A DNA stretch of 64,000 nt from Marsupella aquatica (taxonomy: Eukaryota > Plantae > Marchantiophyta). The notes beneath the pieces are model-generated. The model was not told the origin of the DNA and made no database searches. It saw only the letters and a list, made by a program, of their open reading frames with translations. Positions 26,222-37,498 of this stretch are shown piece by piece (the stretch's first letter is position 1; each line of letters begins with the position of its first letter). Location: NCBI GenBank assembly GCA_973895155.1, contig OZ316898.1:17474752-17538751 (forward strand), given 5' to 3'. The position numbers were made by a program, and so were the translations under genes.

Positions 26222-29200
26222 TATTAAAAAAGTGCCACATAATTTGGTTTTATCAAGCTTTTCAATATCGAAAGATCTTTTTTGTTTGTTAAGTTATATA
26301 TTTGATTCCTTGAGCTGAGAGGTACGAGGTTGTAGACTAAAATCAATGAAACTTCACAGAGTAAAATGGATACAACGTGATTATAAGAAATTAAAAGCTC
26401 GCCTTTTAAAAAGGGGAGTTGCTTACTCAGGAATGATGCCTTGAAGGTTGCCATCCAGGAGAAGTTGGCAATGACCAACGAGTTGCTCTCCGCCCAATTT
26501 AAGGTGCATTGGAGAGGGCCGAGCAGAATTGAAGGTAGAGAATTGGCAGCAAAGGGCAGATGATCAGATGGAGAGGGTGAAGAAATATGCCAAAGCTAGT
26601 AAGCCAAAGCAGCCAACGTCAAGAAAGTTACTGGATGACTGTGGTGATATATGGCCAAGCGATTGGCTGAAGTACCAACTCCATTGCTGATAGTGGAGGG
26701 CCGGGGCAAGACAGTGGTGATCGAGGAACTTAAGGAAGAGGTGAATAAAAGCTTTCAGGGTCAGGGACAGCAGAGCCTTCCAAAACAACTATGGCAGAGG
26801 GAGAGATTTTCCTGATGGACCCCCAAAATGAAAATCTTTACTTGATGGACCCCAGAGTGATCCATACCCTTGATGGACCTTAAATCAATGGTCCTAAAAT
26901 CTCATGGGGCCTCATAGGGTCCATTAAGTAACACTTCTCCATTTAGGGGTCCATCTAGTATCTCTCTCATGGCAGAGGTGGAAAGTATAGTGGCAGCCTT
27001 GTGCAAGGCTTTTGCAGTTAAGGCAACAGTTGTGGAAGTGTGCATGGCTTCCCACCAGTGGCCCCTATCCCTTAATAAATGGCAACCAGCCTCCACTTTC
27101 ACAACCTCTGACCTCCATATTTGGTAAGACTAGCAGCTAGGATTGAGACCTCTATCCTGACCTCTATTCTCATCTATGTGAGATTTCACCATATGCCACA
27201 AGATACTGGATATGATTGAGATCTGAACCTAAGTATGACAATACATCATTTTGGAAGGATAGACTTTTAAGAAAGTGAACTGTTGGTGATTGAATTCAAT
27301 ATGAGGGTTATTCTGATTTTTAGGCCTCCAAATGATGAGCTTGATTTTGAGTTTAGAGTATATTGACCCCTAAACCACTGGAGATACTCTGAGGGCATTA
27401 TAATATGATATAATGCCCCCCAAAACCAGGGACGTAGTTAATTCTTGAAAGGCTTTATTCTCCTAATTCCCATAGCTAGGACATTAACCTACCTAAAAAC
27501 TTCAGTGATGTTTTGGGAACAGGCAAGAAAATATATACAAGTTATGAAATGAATGGAAAAAATTAATAGGCATGCAACAATTTGTTAGAGCATGCAATTG
27601 GTTGAAAACCTGGAAGAAAATAAAAATGGAGAATATTCAACTACAGAATTAAATTCGGCCATGCGATACTAATATTTGAATATTAGATTCTGAATTACAA
27701 TCCAGACCCATTCTATAAGACAATTTTTTATTTTGTGTATAGCCATAAACAATCTTCTCTCTTTTACGGTGTCCTTGATTTGTCGGACTTTCCATGTTCC
27801 CCTCCTCAAAAGAAAGGAGGCAATATGGAAAATAATGCCCTATAAGATCCAAACAAGAAATAACAAAAGTATTGAGGTAGAACATAATTACAGTCTCCTT
27901 CTCATTTGAGCTATCTTGTAAGGTACCGATAAGAACAGGTGACGCACCAAGTAATAAACTGCCTAAAAAAACATTCAAAATTGTAGAGTTTTCCAATTCA
28001 GATTTCATCACACGTTACATTCGAGGAGTCGTTGATTCCCATGCAATTGGTTTCTACGTTGATGAGCGTTCACATCCAAAACTATAGTTCCAAAGCTTTC
28101 GCATGCAAAATGAATCTTTATATTACTCGCAATTAAAAAAGTAAACTGAATTCTTAGTCCCTTACAAAATAGACTTGATTTAAAGATTTAGTACAGCAAA
28201 GTAAAACCGCGGACTTCCATTTCTGAGGTCCTATTCTGTCCGTGACCGTCATCACGCCCTTACAAGGTAGTACAGATAGCGTAAAACAGTCGCTTGAATG
28301 GAATCGAATTGTTTTTCAGAAGCAGGCTGATGTAATTATATATAGAGTAAAATCCTGTTTAGAGTGAATTATGGGATATAATTTCTGGGGAACTGGAGCC
28401 TTATCTCCTGTTTTGAGGGGCTATTATTGCCCTTAATATCCTTGATGATTTCTCCCTTTGTAATTTTTAGGGCATTAGAGGAGAGAACTCAAATCTTCCT
28501 TTTGTAAAACTTAAATTCTTAAGCTCATATTTAATATTCAGGCTTACCTCCTTATTACATTATGTTGATTTATCCTTGTAATCAAATAGTATTTAAGTAA
28601 CACGATTCCACACTAGATGACAAATTGTGTCTCTTTCTATGACTGCAAAAATGAAACACTTTAGCGTAATAATGTCCGCCCCTCTCCTTTTAACTGAAAT
28701 ACACACTTCTACTTTTTAATTTTATGGTATGGTTTTGAGTCGCTAAAAGTTCATTTTGTCAAAACTACATGAACATTATTTGAAGGAGGCGATATTTCAG
28801 AAGCTTAAAGACAAACCACATGTGGGGAGAGCTTTAAAGGTGTCGGGCTAACACTTTTGTAAGGCAGCGAAGAGCGAGTAAGTCACTCAAAAGTAATTTA
28901 TTTGCTGTTAAGGTAGTTTGGACATAAAGTTCTGGGGTTCTTCCCCTTTTTAAAAAAGAAAAGAAAAAAGGTAGTTTGGAAAAAAATTCATTCTAATTTT
29001 AATTACATTTCTCAACACCAAATATTTTAATTTTTAATTTTTAATTTTTTTAGTTTTGCGAAATCAACCATTATAATATCTGATTCTGCCCAAAGGAGTC
29101 TTTTTTTTTTTAGTAGAAGAGCCCCCAAGGGCCAGTAACTTTATTGAAAGAAAAAGCACCACAGAACCCGCCTGAAGGAAGGAGGCAGGGAAGGGAAAAC

Positions 29201-30685
29201 AAAAAGTAAGGGTGGCAAAAAAGAGGAGCACACCCAGAGAAGAGAACCAATACCAGGCACACCCAACCAGATGGCCAAAAGAGGGGGCACATCAGAGAAA
29301 GGAGGGGTGGCCGGGAGAGAAACCATATCCAACTACACCCTAAAATAGCTAATCTGCTAGAATGGAAAAGGACCGAGTGAACCTAACCGGCAAAGAGACC
29401 TGGGAGACCAGCATGAACCAGAACAGGGAAAGCGCCATTCCTCCTACCACCGGCTGCAAGACCCTGGCAAAAACCCCTTGAATCACACCGCCACCTCCCC
29501 CCATCCCCTAGTAGCCAACTCGCCAAAGAGAGTGTGAGACAGAGCAGTGCAGCATCACCCACCGCCCGTCCGTGAGTAAGATGCTCCGCAGCTGGGAGTT
29601 CACACCCCTGAGAATCAAAGAAGCGGAGCGGGAAATGTAACCAGGCCAATAAATCATTAGAGACAGAACATGATTTCGGACCAATTGAGAAGTATTTCCG
29701 CACATAGAGAAGGGTGTTTTTCATTCTCGCCAATTTGTTGAAATGACACAAATAGCGATCCAAAATTCCGCAATATCCCAATTTAGTTCCATTTTTGTGT
29801 CGTAGATGGGATTTCATTGAAGGGGTGAGCAATGCCCACAGACTACCTCATTATATATATTTAAACTTCCGAAATGTATTGTTTGTTGTTGACAACGTTC
29901 AACTTTGTTTCCAACATGGAAAATCCTTATTTTCCGTCAACTTGTACACATGGAAAATAGTTTTGCTTCCAAACCCAAACACATAAGGAAAGCAACTAGC
30001 GATACTCGTATCGCAAACCACATTCATCATTTGAGAATATACTCCAAAAGTAGCTCAACCTCTCCTTTCAAAAACTTTACTATCAACAGTTTGAAAAGTT
30101 ACATCATAGTTGCCCAAAATTTACTACACAGTTCAACGCAGTTGATCTACTTTTAACTAGAAAGTAAAGTGACAAAATCATGGTAACCATTCCGCCTAAC
30201 CATCGTGAAAAGTGATTGTGAATCAGCAAAACTATGGTACATAACTCCAAAGCACAATATGTGCACCTTTTACAGGACCAATTTGAAAAAAATCACCCCA
30301 AAATGCAAAAAGCAATACTTGTATCGCATCTAGAATCAAATTGTCTCAATGGAGCCCTGATTAAAGCAACCCACAGTACAATATCCCAAATAGAATAAAA
30401 ATTGCATCCACCCCAAAGGAAACACTTAACATGTACATTAATTTTGTCGTTAAAACACTAATTTGAACCTTTTTTAATCACCCAAGCTATTTTGTCGTGT
30501 AGCGGCTGACCAGTCAGAAGTAGCCACATGGCTCAGGGTCACCAAAAACTATAAATACATCAACGCCGACTAAGTTTTTTGCACCATTTTGTTTCACAAA
30601 GTTATTCGTCTATTTGAGTTTTTTGAGCGTAAGAGCATTTTGTGACAGGAATGCCCAACAGTATAGAGTTAGTTATACGTTAACC

Positions 30686-33600
30686 ATGTCTGAAGAGTGG
30701 TCGCCCTCCAGTTCAGTTGAGTCCTCCCCCAATGGTGGTCCTCATGGTCGTCGATGTTTGCCAAATCATATTCGCAAATTACTCCCAGTTTCTCAACAGA
30801 GTGTACCCAAAATATCGGACTTTGATTCTGATGGAAGTTCTGAACCAGAACCTGGGGCTTACTATGTGTCACGTAGTAAACCTGATAAACGTCGGCTCCT
30901 AAACATTCCCTCCCCTCGGATGCAAAAGCTTTCTATCCAAGGTTTAGGTTCTAGATGTCGATTTAGACCGTCTATCCCTGGGTATGGTGAAGGAATCAAG
31001 AAGACGATACGCGTATCGGCAACGAGATTGGGATCTCCAATTGACGCTTCAAGTTTCCAACAGGTGCCAGAGGAGAGAAGAGAAGGTCGAATGCAAACAG
31101 CGATACACGTATCGCCATTTGCATTGCCTTTGAGGGAATCAGTTTTGCCACAGGTGCAGCGAAGGATATTTCTTGGGACAGACGTGAGAACGCAAGGTAC
31201 AATACACACAATGATACGTGGATTGCCGTCTGCATTGCGTCGAAGAGAACTGGTTCCCAGCAACAGCAAAGACAACGGACTACAAAGTCCAGAATCTGCG
31301 CAATCTCAAATTGCAGTGGGGAGATGTGTACAACGATTATTCGATGCTTCTCCAATCAATGGACCAATGGCAGCCGCTCGTGTACACAATACAAGTTTGG
31401 GGAACAATCAAGACACACCATTGATGACCGCCAGACCCACTTCTGCAACTAGGAGTGTTTCTAGAGAGCCAATTAGACATCTTCAAGTTGCTAGACGAGG
31501 CCTCACTAGTTTTAGCGGAGTCCGAAATATGTACAGAGAACCAAGAAGTCCAATAGTGTTTTCTGATGAGTCAAGTGAGGAGGAAGATGTTGAGGAAAAT
31601 AGACAGTCGCAAGCCATTGCACAAGTTGTATCAGAATGTTTGGAAACAAATGAGGGCGAGAGTAGCTATAGTCATCTCTTTAGTGATCTGAGAAATCCCA
31701 CTCTATCTTCAGATGATAGTAGCTCAAAAGATACTAATGGCTCTATTCCGGAAGTTGCAGAGAGACAAGAGAGTGAAAATTCACTCCATGGATTTCACAG
31801 TATGGAGAAACAAAAGGAGCTTAGCAAGAAAGTGAGAGACAAGCTTGTGAGGAAAGATAATGTTACAAATCAAAATTTAAAGACAAAAAAAATGAAAGAA
31901 GTTTTTAAGTACCCATGTTGTGATAATTTGTGTTTGAGAAATTTTGGTCTAGATTTAGTGACAAAACACCGGACCTTCTATTATGGCTTATCATCGACCG
32001 AGAAGAACATACTTCTAAGGGGCTGTTTGAAAAGTGGGCACGGTGGTCCAACCGGTTACATTGTTGACGGGAGATCTTTTTGTCGAGAAGGTTTCAAGAA
32101 ATTATTTTCTGTTGGAAATAATCGGCTGCAGAGAATCTCAAGGAATACGTTTTCTCGTATTCAAAATGACACATTTTGCAAGGAAAAATCGGTTACTCAT
32201 CTTTCACTAGTTCAATGGTGGAATGAGTTTTTCATGTCAAATGTTGAAAGTCTTCCAAACAAGGACATCTTCCACTTACCAGACAATTGGACGAAAGCTG
32301 AAGTATTTGATGCTTTCAAGATTGATACTATGGTGCGGAAGGAAACCGAGATCACATATTCTTGGTTTGTTCGCATTTGGAACAAAGAGTTCCCCAGGGT
32401 GCGTATTCCAAAAAAGAGTCGCTTCTCCACATGCGGTCCTTGCACAGAGTTCAAAGCACTTCGTGACAAAGCAGTACTTGAAGCAGAAAAACGTAAGTTG
32501 TGTCTACCTTTAAATAAGTAAAGGATTGATGTTAAGTACTACATTATTTACTTGTTTGGTTTGGTGATGCGGTTATTATTGACAAAAACATTGACGTTCA
32601 TTTGACAGGAAAATATTCAACACTTTTGAACCAACATCGGAAAGCACAAGGAGTTGAGAGGGAGAAATTAGCAAAGCACCGAAGCAAGTGCTATAAGAGT
32701 CCAGAAAAATATTTGGGGATCTGCATTGATGGTATGGATCAAAAAAGACTGAGTTGCCACATTTCACTAGGTGCCCCAAAAACATGGACGAGAAGTACTT
32801 TATTCCGGTACATGTGGTGGGTTGTTTGGTGTTCAATGGACATTTGACATCAAAAGTGTTTTTGAATTATCCAAACATTCACAATGACACCAACTTGACA
32901 GTGCATGTGATCCAACATATTTTAAATAGTTGGGAAGGTCCACTCCCTCCAGTGTTGTATCTACAACTTGATAATACCCCTCGAGAAAATAAAAATAAAT
33001 TTCTCATGGCATATTTGAATATGCTTGTTGAGATGAGGGTTTTCCAAAAGATCAAAGTTGGTTTTCTTTTGGTTGGACATACCCATGATCAGATTGACCA
33101 AATGTTCAGGAAGTTCTCCTCAAAATTAAATAAGCAAAAAGCTTTCGGGTGGATAGTCTTGCAGACATTCTTTGTCAAGGATTCGTACAATCCAAAGGCT
33201 GAGATAATTTTTGTTGAAGAGGTTGCTGATTTCAAGAAGTTTGTGTCGGATAAAGACCAACCCAATGACATGGGAGGTATTGGGCATGTTTTGTGTCCTC
33301 TACATGGTATTAGTGGTCAAAAGCAATTTAGGATGAAGAGGGTTGTAGGAGAGAATGGAGGAACTTCAACTTTGTTTCACGCAAAGCATCTTTCTAGCAC
33401 TCAAAGTTGGGGAGAAGCAGTGGAGTTCCTTAGATACATCCCCACATCTACCATGTGGGTTGCTGCACAAATGGCATTGAAATCTACAACCGGAGCAACA
33501 GTGGAGAATGATGAACATGATGACGGAGGCAATGGAGACGAGCGTCTTCTCTACAACCATGTTGCAGTCCTGGAGAAATATCGCAAATCAATTGAAGATG

Positions 33601-34031
33601 GATTCAATTACTTTGATGATGAGGATAAACTTTGGTGGCTCCGTTTCTTTGACAACCAGAAAGAAGTGATTAAACACCACTTGAAGGCAGGACAATGGGT
33701 TTTTGATTGGACGTGGCCAAAATCAAATATTGGAGTAGAGACTCCAAGAAATGCACTTCCCCCACAAATAGAGCCAGCCTTGCTAGATAACATTGCAGGC
33801 GCAACAACAGTCATGTACTCTGGAACAAGGAAGAAGAAAGCAGTCGAGGGAGACTTCAAAGATCTTGAAGTGAACACTAAATATGCAATGATTTGCGTGG
33901 CTGCATATAGGGATCCAAACAGCAGACCATTTTGGAGATATGTTTATCAAGGTTCTCAATCATTAATAGAAAGCCTTGATAAATCCTTAATAGTGTTATT
34001 GCACACATCTAATCTAACAACATATCATTGA
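30686..34031 (+). pseudogene. Sola/DUF7869-like DDD transposase, copy A (frameshifted, C-terminus deleted)
   Basis: Exon 1 30686-32492, GT-AG intron 32493-32608. Motifs: CCDNLCL, RFSTCGPC, IDGMDQ, LYLQLDN..ENKN, FLLVGHTHDQIDQMF. One A is missing from the run at about 32741-32746. Homology to copy B stops after RPFW (about 33934). Confidence 0.82.
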
Positions 34032-37000
34032 GTTCCCCATCGTCCGGTGTTCTAGGTAGCTTTTCTTCAATGTTTGGCTCATTTTCTTCAGGCTCCTCCT
34101 GGTCATCAGTATCCACATAAATGCTAGTACCAATGACTCCCAACTGCCCACCAACCGGAGGCTGAACTTCTTGTCCCTGGCCACCTTCACCGGACACTTG
34201 TGCTTCATCGTATAGAGTCCAAACAGATTCCAATGTCATAATCCGACTCCTCAAAAATTCTACCTGAGTCTCACCTTTGTCAACAGCACACCCATTCCGA
34301 GAGTTGAGAAGTGCAGCCACCAATGTTGACCCAGTTCCACAACAAAGGTCTGCCACCCAGTCCCCTTTCTCACTGAAATGATTAACAAACCAATCACCCA
34401 ATGCAATTGGTTTTTGGTAAGGGTTTACAATAAACCCTAATGGACTCACAGACTTTGTAGTAACACAGGGAACTTTCACAATGTTCACCCTGGACTCATC
34501 AGGAGCAAAATTGTACATCTCCTTCTTTCGAACTCCATCCTCACTGTAATAACCAATTGACCAGTTCTCAAAGGCCCAAGCTAGCCTTGGCCCAGAAGGG
34601 TGCTCATGGATGTTTGTCTTCTCCCATATACCGGCCTCAACTCCGCAATTGCAAACCTTCTCAAGTGCGCTCATAACGCTATTGGTCTGCTGCAAGGAAT
34701 GGATCACAACAAACCTCCACATTGGAGAGGTGGTGATTTTAGCAAAATTAGTAACCATCTCATTTACATCCTGTTCAGTGAAAGGTTCCTCGTCAAACTG
34801 AGAACCAGGGGCATTGAAACCATATGGGATGTCTGCAATTGCCAAAGTGAAATGTTTTGGCTCTAGAAAGGTTTCTAGTTTCCGAATATCTCCAACATGA
34901 AGAGAATATGAGAATGCGTCTCCATTTGCATTCTTCCATTGATGTTGAGATGAAGCTGTAGCAATTGATGAGATATTCAGTCTCCGATTGTGTTTTTCAA
35001 TTGCTTCAAGAACATAGTTCTTGAAGACGTAGGGGATGTCACATGAAGGAATCTCGACCTCCACGACCTCGTCAAATTCATTTCCAGAAATGACTTTTTT
35101 CTTCCTCTTTGAACTGATTTTGAACTGCACATTAAACAAAACTCTTTGTAAGATTTCCAAACACAAATTTTGAATGCCACCAGTGATACAAGTAACACTA
35201 CCTGCATTCAATATCTCAAATGTTTGCTTTGAATATATATAACTGAAAACAAAAGGCCATAAGGACATTGTGCTTACTGCTTCTGTGAGCTTTTCGCACC
35301 AAGTTAAAAGGACTTTTACATCGGTTTCCTGGGGAAACATTCCCGGCATGTTGCCCAATCTTTTTGATCAGAAATCTGCAGGAACAATTTCTTTACCTTT
35401 GCCAACTTCTTAAGTGTCTCACCTTCTTTGAACATTTGTTCTAGAGTGATTTTCTTTCCAATTACTCTGTTTAGGAGTCGCTTCACATGCTCCTGATTGG
35501 AAAGCCCCTGGAGAGCTCTGAAGACCCTCAAATTGAAATGCCCAAAGAGCTTGTTCATTTTGATTTCACTTGCACTCAGCGGTTTAGGTTTAATTAGCTT
35601 TTGATTTACCTTTTGATGTTGCTGACGGCTGCTTGGCCACGATTGGCTTTGTTTGACCAAGGATCTCAAACTTTTGCCACATAGAGAAAATTTTATCTTG
35701 GAGCTCCCAAATCTCCCCAGATCGAAAGGCAATCTGAAATGTAGGGTCATGTTTGGCCATTGAGTCATGAACACCTGGAGTGTAATCAAGCATACATTCC
35801 TTACAACAAGCTTCTCGCACCTCTTTAGTTGACCCCACATTCATTTCCATGAAAATATTGTGACAGGCACGAACTTTGTCAATCGATGTCATGGTTTTCC
35901 GGTACTCCTGGTCGTAGTTATGCTGGAAAGCCAGCATCCTGATCTCATGTCTCGTTAGACCAGAGTAAACCCATGCCTCAATCTCACCGTACACTTGCTT
36001 TCCATACATTTTGAAAAGTTCAGCCTTTGCACAAGCTCCATGATTACCGCCAATCACTCGATACTTCCATACCCTAGATTTAGTAATCTCCCACTCATGA
36101 ATTGTGGGACAATCTGTTGGATCAACTACAACAACAAATGGAGCCGTGAAGTTGGAAGGGTTTTTCATGAGCAACATTTTGATGTTCTCTACATGTAGCC
36201 GATCTACAGGTCTAACTAAAGTTGAATTCTCACCCTCATCTTCAAAAATAAGATTATTGACATGCAGAAGCACACTGGTCCTCTGGACTCTGCGTTCAAG
36301 CATGAACTTTGCAAGTTCAGCCTTGATGGCATCTGTCTCAAATGAAGCCAACGGCGTCTCTTCTTCCTCATCTCCCTGAAAAATAACATGGCTTGCAATG
36401 AATTTTAAGAAGAATTCAAAATGCAAACCATTTTCATTATTTCAATGCAATGCGAGATACAAGTATCGCTCCCAACATTCATTTTTGCTAGACAAATAAA
36501 CTTACCAGGGGAATGCTAACGACAGCTGAGGTTGGACCTGAGGTAAGGGGTAATCGTTCTTCGGATTGATGCATTGACACAACTGGAGTGCTTATTGCAC
36601 CACTTGAATCTGCAGCTAGAGCTACTCCTGTGCCTCCAATCCAACCTGTCCTCTTCTTCTTTGCAAGTGAAGTTGATGGCGATGGAACCTCTGCCTCGAT
36701 AGGTACCAATTCATCCACAACTCCCCTTCCACGACCTCTTCCACGACCACGACCTCGACCACGACCAACACTTGTAGTAGCGCCTGGGCTTGCCTCTACA
36801 GATTGAGGTGCTTCACCTAGAATCACTCTCATGGTAGCTTCTACTTGGGAATTCCCTTTCCCATGTCCCCTGCTCCCACTAGCACAATCAACTCCTTTTG
36901 CAACTGAAGATGCGCCACTCCCGCTAATGGTTGGCTTCCTTACTTTGATCCTTCGTGTGGGTTTAAACTCTTCACCCACGAGTCTCTTATACTCTTTCTG

Positions 37001-37498
37001 GACAAACGGCAGCATCAAAGGACTCGAATCATCCACAACATTAGCAACCCACTCAGGCTTGAAGATCTCCATCTCAATTGTACTCGCGACTTCCTTCACA
37101 ATAGGGTCTTCGGGAAATTTGTCTAATGTTGAGAGATCATACAAATCCATGTCCACGACAAGGGCCACAACACCCTTGCTTCCACACATTGTGAGGAAGC
37201 TCAATCCAATAGCGACAGATTTTTCCTTCCCATGACCCTTCTTAAAGTCACATGCGGCAACCCCAATTATTGGACCAAAGGAGAGTGTAATCTTCTCTGT
37301 TTTCTTCACTTGAACCCAAAGAACGGGTGTCTCCCAGTCAGCTGCTTCTTTGGACAGCATTCGAGTATCCCGAAAGTACCAAGGTCTCCTCACAAACTTT
37401 TGTTCATCACAAATATCTTCTGTCGTCCAAATCACATTACACAAAGTTGTCATGAGGTGCTCGGTCTCAGCAGACCCTGTCCTTGCACTTCCTTCCAT
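34009..37498 (-). pseudogene. Unknown domain + ParB/Srx-like domain + beta-class N6A/N4C DNA methyltransferase, copy A (3 exons)
   Basis: Exons 37498-36506, 36375-35278, 35124-34009 with phase-0 GT-AG introns. ParB-like: VRPVDRLHVENIK..APFVVVV..YRVIGGNH..LAFQHN. MTase: HVGD, LAIADIPYG (motif IV), NPYQKP..SEKGDWVADLCCGTGSTLVAA (motifs X-I). Frameshifts at about 35592 (+1) and 35342 (-1). Confidence 0.85.

Noticed and set aside
25400-28500. Short ORFs and possible transposon remnants
   Set aside because: No recognisable motifs or boundaries by eye.
34009-37498. Bacterial contamination or prophage as the source of the MTase
   Set aside because: The gene has conserved GT-AG introns and lies inside a TSD-bounded element nested in a plant LINE.
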